DNA from: a virus | DNA: 64,000 bases | Direction: 5' to 3' (one strand) | Virus record (IMG/VR): IMGVR_UViG_3300030060_004796 | Location: 1-64,000 of that record | Shown here: positions 19,801-28,391 of the stretch, one piece after another | Numbering within the stretch: position 1 is the first letter of the stretch | How the letters are laid out: every line of letters begins with the position of its first letter | Made by a program: the position numbers and the translations under genes | Notes under the pieces: generated by a model | Database searches by the model: none | What the model saw: the letters and a program-made list of their open reading frames with translations, nothing else | Told to the model about the DNA's origin: nothing

Positions 19801-22204
19801 AGCAGATTGTACATTTGGAGGAAGTTTTTCTAACATTGCACAAATTCAAGCTATTGCGCAAGATATAATTACTGCTATTACACCGCCTCCTGTTTATTCA
19901 TGTCCACCTGGATGTGACTTAGTAACAACATCTGCAGGTCAATTTTATTGTGAATGTATTGATTATTTAGATCCTGAATATATTGATATTACATCACCGG
20001 TTAATATAGAGGATGATTTATATTTTAAAGATGTTTCATGGACAGTAAGTTACGATCCTAAATATAAAGCATGGATGTCTTTCCATGATTGGCATCCACA
20101 ACTAATGATTCCTAGTTTAAATCATTTCTTTACAACAAATACTTATGAAGATCTAGAATCACAGCCAAGTTGTCCTCCAGGATTTACTTGGAATCCTACA
20201 ACACAAACATGTTGTCAAACATACCAAGGAGAATTTGAGGCAGATATTATTGTTGATGAAGTTCCTGTTGAAATAGATATTGATTCTATTCCTTGTAAAA
20301 TAGATATTGTATTAGCTTTAGATGCATCAGGATCTATGGGTCTTGGAGCTGACGGAGCTAATGATAATTGGAATGCTGCTGAAATTTTTATAAATGAGTT
20401 TGTATTTAACCTAGCAGATGAAATGATTATAGGTAATATACAAATAGGATTAAATCATTGGTCTAATCCAACTTTTGCAGGTATTAATGCAGCTAGCGGA
20501 CTTAATCCAATTACAAATGATACATACCCATCAATAGGAAATGGAAATACAGATGTTATTGGTGGTGTTACATATACTTATGCACAAGCAGTAGTACCTG
20601 ATGGAACAGGTGGTTTATCTATGACTAATAATCCAAGATTAGTATATGATGCAAGTGGAAGTGCAGTAACAACACAGTTTTGTTTTGCAACTAATCCTCA
20701 ACAGGGTACTGCAACTGAAATGGCAGAAGCTTATCAGTATTCTCAAAATCAATTATGGGAGGTAAAAGCTTCTGCTCTAGGAGATAGAACATTAGATCCT
20801 GGATATAGAAGAATATTAGTTTTTATATCTGATGGTGGAGATTTTGTAACTCACCCACTTAATCCTGTAGCTAATCCACCAAACATGGATGGAACTGCAT
20901 TTGGTAATACAGGCGGAGGTGCTTTACATAGTCCTCCTAGTAGTGGTGGTGGAATGATAACACCACAAAATAATACTGTAGATTGGAGTAATAACAATGT
21001 AGGGGGTGCTGGAACAGATGCTCTAATTAATGGTCAACAAGTACATTCTCAAAATATAACTATTTTTGCAAGCAATGGAGGAGGTGCACCAGCTGCAGGA
21101 AGTCAAACTGGGTATGAAGCTGTTGCAAATTGTGCTACTTATGGAACTTGTAATAATATGTGGGATGTAGATACAGGTCCAGGATGTAATCCTTTACAAG
21201 ATTGCCCATCAACAGTTGCAAGTGCAATAAGTAGTAATTTATGTACACTTCCTCCTGTTTGTATTTGTCCTCCAGGATATGAAAGAATAACTAGCAATTT
21301 AGATGGTACTGCACCACCTCACCAAGTTTATAGTGATCTAGATGATTGTGAACCAGAAAGAGCTGGTATATGTAGAAAATTAGAATGTGAATGTGATGTT
21401 GCTAATTTACCAATACCAACTATTCCTACTACAACAACAGGAAACTGCCCAACAGATATTTTAAATGGAATAGCTTTATACTACAATGAAGACACTTTTG
21501 TAGGAGATCCATCTTGGACAGGATACTCTAGTAATCCTGTAATGTGTCATTATGATTATGAATGTTGTGTTGAAGGTACAACAATTAGAGGTGGAATATG
21601 GAAACATAATGATAGATGTGATTTATTTGCAAACTACTATGGTAAAAATTATCCATGGGAAGTTGAATGGGTAGAAACTGTTGGTCAATCCGTAAATACT
21701 ATTAGAAGTATTGAATATCAATTAGAGTCATATATTTATAAAGGTAACTTAGCAGATGATTGTGGTGACAGGTTCCATGATTTAGATTGGAATTTTGATG
21801 AAGCTATTATTCATAACACAGAACAAGTTTCTGGATTACTAAGATTTAATTTAGATCCAAAAAATAATGTACCTTTGATAACTGAATACCCAATAATTAC
21901 AGGTAATGATATTCAAATACTATATAGTAAGGTAGAACAAAAATATAGATTTAATCAGTTCTGGGATATTACAAGAGACAGAGGAGAGTTTGATCCTAAC
22001 TGGAATTCATCAATATTTATAACACAGTTAAACGGTTACATAAGAGATCTAAATCAAGCAAACTTAGATTACTTTAAACCTTCCTTACAACGTAAGAAGT
22101 TTAGACATTACTGGAATAAAGTAGTTCTTAGAAAAAATATTTCAGGTAATAGAAAAATGATATTTAAATTAGCTAATACAAAAATTAATGCATCCTTTAG
22201 ATAA
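13805..22204 (+). CDS. Tail muzzle / stabilisation protein (P22 gp10-like) with two inserted vWA domains
   Basis: N-terminal 'FVKGMTKD...NAINNS...LGNEPAN', internal 'SWTVSYDP...WMSFHDW' and C-terminal 'IWKHN...NYYG..YP' resemble crAss-like muzzles; MIDAS DSSNS at 18869 and DASGS at 20321. Confidence 0.75.
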   Translation: MAEKQNTPKLQNTSDIDTDVFVKGMTKDPDSSMITKEQWTHARNAINNSVDGDLGTLGNEPANKQCSSAPFTIIGAIHLYGDKWVLFSTNNQQSEIGTWDDSECKYERIVNDFSCYQCLEQLGGIEETPCLNFNTQHLITGASKENFDCSWQVYWDDGVNPSRTLNLDNIPWKQNVISDEGADCVIYEDAIPLCLDCEKIRLAPLIDIPCIELSKSVDGGQLRNGSYQVYIAYVINDQKIGDYYGISNIQPLFAHEDMLSGLEIKISNLDKEFEYYELVIARNTQGEQTAKQIGFYSTEQTNISIDYINEKLPSKPLGTLPLTTPAYERSDKMYVVNDYLIRQGPTEQFDFNYQPLANNIHVHYTVTEFPDDYYAKGGNKPTFMRDEVYSFFIRFVYNTGEKSASYHIPGRAPYNWPGITDPAGNNPNVLDPWPGNNDLGTALWNQNGGLGTADVDRLFEVHNTADDGWNPAGIASNTLELQTDDGGRVIREGHMAYWESTERYPQDPVRWGDLCGQPIRHHKMPDETTAYVGMFEDPTGATVVNPNNFLDRTGQNNATINVLGVRFTNIAWPRFNASSDELCGPDNGAPTGPRIPNIVGYEILVGSREGNKSIIAKGITRNMRRYNLPNTSTGHEIGTGNLTGYMANYPFNDCNADPYLSAGNDWTYTRNGGIVNPGGNYTAGDTATNIFTFHSPDTSFNKPFLSPYELKSYGICTGTQVGNFVKSEKHPQHKLLRNISMWIAIIVGAGYAIGEMRGKKNKKMIPPKALNVGLVGFGEQHGGNRTTIVNTPSTSFANGWTAIATTTSASFNENTTARSGGRQGSAAPYDDGSNVVGGVVTGAGTSTAPTWAPIGSLGRLDTDGDQFMMANYNTNLANPLTGINSGAGGQGVLLSTATVAGAPKLFHSGSRALGMNIGYEPNVRNNMRNWGPNRGYIGAGEEWTYEGTRFESMPSLTQILFGAYQFMMFTAEGGQVIIDLIYNLVSYQDYAWKYNSQGLYWSTQQRSAGGVFRQLVNKGRYVGSSMQNLTANIRINNVQRPKTVVINTVTNGADFDPIGTFDQSRFCIGPTSTGGILGAWFNPGAEVNSTIGAHYCALKTNFTNQYGQIDQIKQIPVGCITYFADQIKPEDDHSPRDLDDMLFTTDIVYGGDCYINRYSEKVIMPFFWDFQKDMPDGMPYDYKLRANVPRPVFWMDTKKFELSQLVRDIVNFGWLISQITGGGGGGLSNSLPSGLFVLDRPTGDLGGDDGTNQTTGAGGIGAPSGGGPGALANAPNMAVSATQDNNRRSIFHVVNGYMYTHCNGVNEFYCESPINTAFRDWEDVDEKRHYDRLEYTDVDALFHADIIKKDNYYKYDTSLSKSRFNTQLISYGFIQARDYDPLVAEDCYTHYPKRLMYSLQAQLEAKKDFWRVFLPYNYKDFKNKVNVIKPVSKSGAMILFPHLSPVLWQGVDQLETDLGTKLTIGDGGLFSQPPQAIVNADLPHEYGSCESARSVVNTPSGLFFISQAQGKIFQYTQGLTNIADQGMKQWFNKYLPSILLKQFPEMEHCDSWIDNPVAGVGCQSVYDPNYDLVYFSKKDFECTLPECIDYVPCEGFVYNHSKCENVEPQACCPEGDDPYNPYVFVPGGPTCPPGFAVVSCLNGSPCCTDYSGNPPFPATITEPTCERIITLPAEEDQSSGQVDIVFAVDSSNSVDGAIPQNVGNMQNFVRTMITELNINNGITNGDIRVGLIHFGGGRAVRFPLFNGQQSSLPNSDEMFEFANQITLTNSVPTLLNWIGNPGAWNGTFHPADYRSTYGAASNSIANGGPSYDLPYGTDILAGIWGGQNLLYGLGARACPKVLITIFDGPMGYKCDGGGVAGANNPLAGSAGAGFFYTNTPYSVGGITGPDTFNGMTVPDPALVAAGTPAISTPDIRWDDASLGGGYDPCFNTNQGFAQTANAYDAQWFETNVRAAGNYTQQVPFIQKNYSIVVDPQGSAPTATHIAYSERYAGGGGLLPADCTFGGSFSNIAQIQAIAQDIITAITPPPVYSCPPGCDLVTTSAGQFYCECIDYLDPEYIDITSPVNIEDDLYFKDVSWTVSYDPKYKAWMSFHDWHPQLMIPSLNHFFTTNTYEDLESQPSCPPGFTWNPTTQTCCQTYQGEFEADIIVDEVPVEIDIDSIPCKIDIVLALDASGSMGLGADGANDNWNAAEIFINEFVFNLADEMIIGNIQIGLNHWSNPTFAGINAASGLNPITNDTYPSIGNGNTDVIGGVTYTYAQAVVPDGTGGLSMTNNPRLVYDASGSAVTTQFCFATNPQQGTATEMAEAYQYSQNQLWEVKASALGDRTLDPGYRRILVFISDGGDFVTHPLNPVANPPNMDGTAFGNTGGGALHSPPSSGGGMITPQNNTVDWSNNNVGGAGTDALINGQQVHSQNITIFASNGGGAPAAGSQTGYEAVANCATYGTCNNMWDVDTGPGCNPLQDCPSTVASAISSNLCTLPPVCICPPGYERITSNLDGTAPPHQVYSDLDDCEPERAGICRKLECECDVANLPIPTIPTTTTGNCPTDILNGIALYYNEDTFVGDPSWTGYSSNPVMCHYDYECCVEGTTIRGGIWKHNDRCDLFANYYGKNYPWEVEWVETVGQSVNTIRSIEYQLESYIYKGNLADDCGDRFHDLDWNFDEAIIHNTEQVSGLLRFNLDPKNNVPLITEYPIITGNDIQILYSKVEQKYRFNQFWDITRDRGEFDPNWNSSIFITQLNGYIRDLNQANLDYFKPSLQRKKFRHYWNKVVLRKNISGNRKMIFKLANTKINASFR

Positions 22205-25200
22205 TGAAGAAACCAAACCTTAAATATAATTTACCTAGTTATTCTGAAAAGTTTTTAGAATCTCTTAATCCTAGGATGCAGGCGTTAAGATCCTCATTAG
22301 GTTATAGTGATTATTCTCCTTTTAGAAATGAACCTTTCATAGATATTAAAACTCCAACGGGTATGATAGATATGTCAAATACAGGTATTCCATTATATGC
22401 TAATGGTAGGCTTTTAGCTCCATATTCTGGATTACATAATATGGGAACAACAAACGTTAGAGAAATACCTGCACGTAACATAGAAAATTTTACAGTCAAA
22501 TTTCCATTAAAAAAACATTTAGATAACAAGTTTAGACTTAGTGGAAATGTAAATCCATCAATTAATCTTAATAGTCCGTATTTATTAGATCTATATGGTA
22601 GATTAAGAGGAGAATATAATTTAAATAAAAATGTAAATATTTTTGGAGAAGCAACTACATCAACAACAGATGGTGTTAGTATTAATCCAGCAACAATAAA
22701 AGGTGGTTTAAATATTAATTTCCAAGATGGTGGTCAGTTAATGAGAGCTCAATATGGAATAGAACCTTATTTAGCAGTTCAAGATAATACATATGTTGAT
22801 ATACCACCACCACCTCCAGCACCAACAAAAGTTATAGATCCATGGCCTCAAGGTTCATATAGACCAGCTGATCCAGAACCTGCATGGTATAAAAAATTAC
22901 TTAATGTTGTAGCTCATCCAATGGAGGCTTTTGGTAGAAGTATTGCTAATCAAGATTGGTGGACAGGTGACTTGGGACAAGGAATACCAATGAGTCCACA
23001 ACATAGTGCAAGTACTTTGGGTGGTTTTGATTTGCTCAATACATTTGTTAATCCTGCTAGTTGGATAGAAGATGTAACTGATTCTGAATCTTTAGGTGAA
23101 GGTGCCCTTAATACAGCAATGATATTACCTATTTTTAAAGGTGGTAAAGTAATTAAACATGCAGATGAAGTTGTTGATGCTTCAAAACAAATAACTAAAG
23201 GTTCAGGTAAAGTAAAAATAGAAGATCCAAATGCATTATATAGAGTAGTAGATGTTCCTGTGGGAACAAGTGCAGATGAAATAGTTAAAGCTGCAGAGTA
23301 TGGCACAACAATACCAAAAGTAACAACTACAGGAAGACGTACAGGATATTCACAATTACAAAGAGAAACTCCTTTTGATGTATTAAATACTACTAGTAAT
23401 CAAGGATGGATTTTAGGTAGAGGAACAAATGATCCAGGTAATTTACTAAATTTATATGGAGGAAAAAATCCTTATGTAATAAAGATGGGTAGAGGAAATC
23501 CTTATGTAGGAGCAGAAAGTCTTAGTGCTATTAATCAAAGAACAGATATTTTAAGAAATTTTACTTTTCCATACACTCAAAATGTAGGAAAATGGAATCC
23601 ACTTAAAGGTCAATATGATTTACCTTTAGAACTGGGTGCAGGTGTATATACAACAGTTGGAAAAAGTGTAGATGATCTTGCCAAGATAATGCCAGGATCT
23701 ATTGTTAATCCTAATATGGTAAGTAGAGGTAGCAATAATATTACTACAATATTTGGTCCAAAAGGTTTTCAAGTTAGACAACCACAAGAAGTTTTACCAA
23801 TGAGTGAATATATAAAACGTGTAGGAAATAATCCTAATTTTAAATTTAATCTAGGAGGATCATTACCAAAAGCACAAGAAGGACCAGGCACTGATAATGA
23901 AAGATTAGATGCACATTCACTACATCCTGTTGCATCTCAGTCAAACTGGAAAGATTTACTAAGTTATAATATTAATCCATTAAATTGGCCTAATATTTTT
24001 AAACATAGTATAACAAGACCAGCTGAAATAGCTTTTCAAGGAGGGATAAATGAATGGTTAGCTGCAAATGTAAGACCTGGTGAGTATCCAAATATACCAC
24101 AATTAATAGGTGAACTTGAAGGTGGAAACCATTATATGAGAAGTATTAAAAATCCTGGTGGATATATTATGAATCAGGTAGATTCAGAGCCTTGGACAGA
24201 TAAGCAGGGAGATTTAACAATTGATGAAGAAGCTTGGAGAATGTCTTTGGGATTACCTGGACAACCTGGAGACATACCTAATAAATATATATTTAAATCA
24301 GATAATGTACCTTCTATAGGTGCAAATGAAGGAGATGTTTTTTATACTACAGATTTATTTGATTGGGATAAAGCAATTAATAAATTTAATAATCTAAGAA
24401 ACGAGTATGGTACAGAAGACTTTGATTTTTCTGATGTAGAAAATTTTAACCCAGCACAACGTTCTAGGGATCTAGACACTGAATATTGGAAGAAAAAAGA
24501 AGAGTATGAAGAAAGCATGAAGGATTCAGATGAAGAAATAGATTTTCATAGTACAGAAGAAGCTAAAATATTAAGGGAACAAATTAAAAACTTTGAGATG
24601 ATAAAAGGATATCACAAAGTACTAGATAAAAGTGGACAACCAATTCCTAATACTTATAGTTTTGTAGGAGGAGGATCTGATTATATAACGGATAGGGGGT
24701 TTGAAGAAGGCCACACCTTAGATCCTTTTGCAAATCTTACAATGAGTATGGGGGAAGATGATAAAGGTAGATTTATATCTTATTATGATAAATATGATTT
24801 TGATAGTCCAATAACTAGGAATTTTATAACTCCTATAAATTTCTATGATAAAAGATATATAAAACAAAATGATGATGGACAATGGATAATAGATCCAGAT
24901 CTAGATCCAGATCAACCAAGGAAACAAGATGGTGGTGGTGTAGACTTTAGCTCACTTCAAAAAGGAATTAAATGGGTTGAAAGTTTAAATGGTGAGTTAA
25001 TGAAAAATACACAATCATCTGCATCAGGTTACTATGGACAACTTTTTGATGAAATAGAATATGATGGAACAAGAGATGAATTTATTGCTGATACAACTTT
25101 TCAAGATGAGCTATTTAGAAAAAGAGCACATGGTGAAATTGAAGGTGTCCCAGGATTAATATCTAATGGAATAGAACTAGCAGAAGAATATAAAGATGTA

Positions 25201-28200
25201 GATCATGGACTAACTACTTTAGAAATAGCTGGTTTATCTAATATGCTAGGAAGACAAGGAACAAGAGAATATCTTGGAAATGTTATAAGAGATGGTAGAA
25301 CACTTGCAAATGTATTTCCACATTTATATGGAGATGATGTAAATCAAGCAAATAAAACACCTGATGAATATATTCAAAAGTTTAATGAAGGCCTAACAAA
25401 AAGAGAAGGTGGTGAATTTTTAAATAAAATAAGAAGACTAAATCAACAATTAAAAATATATAACTCTGGTGGTAGAATATCTCCACTAGCAAAAAAAGAA
25501 TTGATTGATCTAGAAATGATTAAACCTAAAATGCAAGGTGGAGGGTCAGTTCAACAAAGTTCTTATGTAACTAAAAGAGGAGATAATCTAAGTAGGATAG
25601 CTAGAAATAATAATATGACATTATCTGAGTTATTAGAATTTAATCCAAGATATTTAAATAACCCAAGTGCAATAGGAGTTGGAGATGTTATACAATTGTC
25701 TGATGCACCAGTTCAAAATAACTCTACACCTAATATGGTGTATGAAGTAAAGGGTGGAGATAGCTTATCAAAAATAGCAAGTCAATATGGTATAAGATAC
25801 CAAGATATTGCAGCATTAAATAATATAAATGATCCTACTAAAATAATGCCTGGACAGGTTATAAGACTTCCAGATAATGCTGTTGTTAGAGGATCTAATG
25901 TAACACAACAACAACATAGAGCACATTCAGTATATATACCTAGTCAAAGTAATGTTATTGTAAATTCAAATACTGGTACAAATGAAGTGTGGGCTAAAAG
26001 AGAACTAGATTCTGATGGAAATTGGAAAACTACAGGTAAACGTGCTTTAATCAATGAAATAAATAAAGATACTCAAGCAAATAGAATTGTTAGAGGTATG
26101 AATGATGTTGCTGAATCTGAAACAATAAATTATACAATTCAGAGTGGAGATATGCTAGGTAAAATAGCACGACAAAATGGTGTATCTGTACAAAAATTAA
26201 TGGAGGATAACAATATCACTGACCCTAGAAGAATACAACCGGGTCAAGAACTTACAATAAATAAGTCAACAGGAAATCCATATATTATTGTGGATGAAAA
26301 AGCTGGAAGAATGCATGTATATTATCCAGGAAATTCTGATCCAGTAAAGAGTTATCCTATTGTATCAGGATTAAATGAAGGAGATGCACAAACTAAAACA
26401 GTGATTAAATTCTTTAAGGATAATGAAGAAATACCACAAGAAGAACTTCAACCACTTATGGATAAACATGGTTTTGATGAGGTTGGACAAATTACATCTC
26501 TTCCAGGATATACTAGTGAAACAATGTGGGATCTTGGAAACAAATCAACGGGTGCTGGTGTTTACACTATTGATGCAGTAAATGAAAAAACTAAATATAT
26601 GGGAAATTCTTCTTCATTTGTATTAGCAAATCAAGCAGGTGATAGACCTGGTACAGTAATACACTCTACACCCAGTGCAAGTATGACAGGAAGATTAAGA
26701 GCATTAGATGAGGGTATGTCAGGTGATGAAGCTAGAGCATTAGGTATTGGTACAAATGGATGTATAAATGGAACTTGTAGTGCAATGACAGAATTATTTG
26801 AAAATCCTGATATAGGTAATGGAACACAAGTGTTTGTATTACCTGAATGGGAGGGAGATAACTTTGTATATGAAAATGGTCAAATAAACTTTTATACAAG
26901 ACAGTCAAATGATGAAAGATCAATGACATATGAAACAGAAAGCGGTCAAGTAATGGTGAATCCTCAAGGGTTAAATGAAACTCCAGGAAATAAGCAAGGT
27001 AATTATAAACCTATTAATATTACATTTGACAAAGAATACTATCAAAATAATTCTGAAAGATATGATGGAAGTGCTGACAATGAGAATGCAGAATTTAAAA
27101 AACATACACAACCATTTTTACAAGCATTGACAGGTAATAAAAAAACCATGATGGATAAATTTGGAATGGATGGAGATACATATAATGATCTGTCTATGAT
27201 TGCTTTTGGAATTTATGCTTATGAAAGTGGAATGGGAGATATTAATAGTAGTCTTGAAAATGCAACAAAATTTGCAGCAAAAGCTGGAGGTATGGGTCAA
27301 ACTAATCCAGACGTAGTTTCTAAATACAATACATATGGTTTAAGAGATCAAGATAATAGTATAGGTTTTACACAAATACAATGGCAATGGTTAGATGAAG
27401 AAGAAAAAGAAATGTTAGGGAAATTAGATATTGATGAATCTAACTATGCGGAACATTTAATGGATCCTGCAAAATCTGCAGATGTAACAATGGCTATATT
27501 ATACAACCGTCATAAAAATAATCAATCTGCAGTAAATATAAGAAATGATAAAGCTAGAGAAGAAGCAATAGCTAATGGTGAAGAATTTAAAGACAGTGAT
27601 AAAGAAGTTTATGATCCTTTTCTATATCTTCCAAAAACCTGGAATAAAGCGGATGGATATACAGATATGGTAAATAAATATACTGACTACATTACTGTAA
27701 CAGAAACAGATATTGATGATGTTGATAATAGTGTGATTGTCAAAGGAGAATACTCTGATGATAATGAAGCATATAACATAAGAGAAGAACTGAAAAGACA
27801 AGAAAATTTACATGGCCCTAATGCAGATTGGAAAAGTAAATCTACACAAATTATTGAAGATGTAGGTGATTTCCTTGGTGTAGATGGTTACACAGCTGAT
27901 GAAGGTGTAGTAGGAGATGTTCTTGACAAAGCTATGGACTATGTTGGAAAGGACGCAAAAGATGTAACATTTGGTAATATAGCATCAGATGTTTATGATG
28001 TAGGTGCGCAAGCAGTAGATAGAACTATAGATTCTGTTGTTGATGGTTATCAAGCTGTAACAAATGCTGCATCAGATGCTGCTGATGCTGTTGGTGAATG
28101 GTGGGATAATGTAGATTTGAATCCTCTTTGGAAACTAGGAGGAGAGTTTGGAGTAAAAAATCAAGTACAATTTTATGATGACTATATCAGTGGTGTATAC

Positions 28201-28332
28201 AAAGGAACAAGACAAGAAAATAGTGCAAATAAATTATATGATAAACTAAATAGAATGTATTACAATGATTCTAAGAAATCAGGTAAGAGTCAAATTGATG
28301 TTATGAGATCTATCCTGCATGGCAATAGGTAG
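22204..28332 (+). CDS. Internal cargo polyprotein: lysozyme/transglycosylase-like domains, 3 LysM, L,D-transpeptidase-like (YkuD) and other modules
   Basis: LysM at about 25564, 25741 and 26131; YkuD pattern 'IIVDEKAGRMHVY...IHST...TNGCING' (H 26662, C 26761); 'VES...SSASGYYGQ' (E 24979); 'YESG...GFTQI' (E 27223). Confidence 0.8.
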   Translation: MKKPNLKYNLPSYSEKFLESLNPRMQALRSSLGYSDYSPFRNEPFIDIKTPTGMIDMSNTGIPLYANGRLLAPYSGLHNMGTTNVREIPARNIENFTVKFPLKKHLDNKFRLSGNVNPSINLNSPYLLDLYGRLRGEYNLNKNVNIFGEATTSTTDGVSINPATIKGGLNINFQDGGQLMRAQYGIEPYLAVQDNTYVDIPPPPPAPTKVIDPWPQGSYRPADPEPAWYKKLLNVVAHPMEAFGRSIANQDWWTGDLGQGIPMSPQHSASTLGGFDLLNTFVNPASWIEDVTDSESLGEGALNTAMILPIFKGGKVIKHADEVVDASKQITKGSGKVKIEDPNALYRVVDVPVGTSADEIVKAAEYGTTIPKVTTTGRRTGYSQLQRETPFDVLNTTSNQGWILGRGTNDPGNLLNLYGGKNPYVIKMGRGNPYVGAESLSAINQRTDILRNFTFPYTQNVGKWNPLKGQYDLPLELGAGVYTTVGKSVDDLAKIMPGSIVNPNMVSRGSNNITTIFGPKGFQVRQPQEVLPMSEYIKRVGNNPNFKFNLGGSLPKAQEGPGTDNERLDAHSLHPVASQSNWKDLLSYNINPLNWPNIFKHSITRPAEIAFQGGINEWLAANVRPGEYPNIPQLIGELEGGNHYMRSIKNPGGYIMNQVDSEPWTDKQGDLTIDEEAWRMSLGLPGQPGDIPNKYIFKSDNVPSIGANEGDVFYTTDLFDWDKAINKFNNLRNEYGTEDFDFSDVENFNPAQRSRDLDTEYWKKKEEYEESMKDSDEEIDFHSTEEAKILREQIKNFEMIKGYHKVLDKSGQPIPNTYSFVGGGSDYITDRGFEEGHTLDPFANLTMSMGEDDKGRFISYYDKYDFDSPITRNFITPINFYDKRYIKQNDDGQWIIDPDLDPDQPRKQDGGGVDFSSLQKGIKWVESLNGELMKNTQSSASGYYGQLFDEIEYDGTRDEFIADTTFQDELFRKRAHGEIEGVPGLISNGIELAEEYKDVDHGLTTLEIAGLSNMLGRQGTREYLGNVIRDGRTLANVFPHLYGDDVNQANKTPDEYIQKFNEGLTKREGGEFLNKIRRLNQQLKIYNSGGRISPLAKKELIDLEMIKPKMQGGGSVQQSSYVTKRGDNLSRIARNNNMTLSELLEFNPRYLNNPSAIGVGDVIQLSDAPVQNNSTPNMVYEVKGGDSLSKIASQYGIRYQDIAALNNINDPTKIMPGQVIRLPDNAVVRGSNVTQQQHRAHSVYIPSQSNVIVNSNTGTNEVWAKRELDSDGNWKTTGKRALINEINKDTQANRIVRGMNDVAESETINYTIQSGDMLGKIARQNGVSVQKLMEDNNITDPRRIQPGQELTINKSTGNPYIIVDEKAGRMHVYYPGNSDPVKSYPIVSGLNEGDAQTKTVIKFFKDNEEIPQEELQPLMDKHGFDEVGQITSLPGYTSETMWDLGNKSTGAGVYTIDAVNEKTKYMGNSSSFVLANQAGDRPGTVIHSTPSASMTGRLRALDEGMSGDEARALGIGTNGCINGTCSAMTELFENPDIGNGTQVFVLPEWEGDNFVYENGQINFYTRQSNDERSMTYETESGQVMVNPQGLNETPGNKQGNYKPINITFDKEYYQNNSERYDGSADNENAEFKKHTQPFLQALTGNKKTMMDKFGMDGDTYNDLSMIAFGIYAYESGMGDINSSLENATKFAAKAGGMGQTNPDVVSKYNTYGLRDQDNSIGFTQIQWQWLDEEEKEMLGKLDIDESNYAEHLMDPAKSADVTMAILYNRHKNNQSAVNIRNDKAREEAIANGEEFKDSDKEVYDPFLYLPKTWNKADGYTDMVNKYTDYITVTETDIDDVDNSVIVKGEYSDDNEAYNIREELKRQENLHGPNADWKSKSTQIIEDVGDFLGVDGYTADEGVVGDVLDKAMDYVGKDAKDVTFGNIASDVYDVGAQAVDRTIDSVVDGYQAVTNAASDAADAVGEWWDNVDLNPLWKLGGEFGVKNQVQFYDDYISGVYKGTRQENSANKLYDKLNRMYYNDSKKSGKSQIDVMRSILHGNR

Positions 28333-28340
28333 CTCAAATA

Positions 28341-28372
28341 TTAGCAAATCTCATGATTATTTAGTATATTAA
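28341..28372 (+). promoter_or_regulatory. Putative late promoter TTAG-N20-TATATTAA
   Basis: Same architecture as 1381-1412; in the 59-nt gap before 28392. Confidence 0.55.
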
Positions 28373-28391
28373 TAAAGTAAACTGTAACTTA

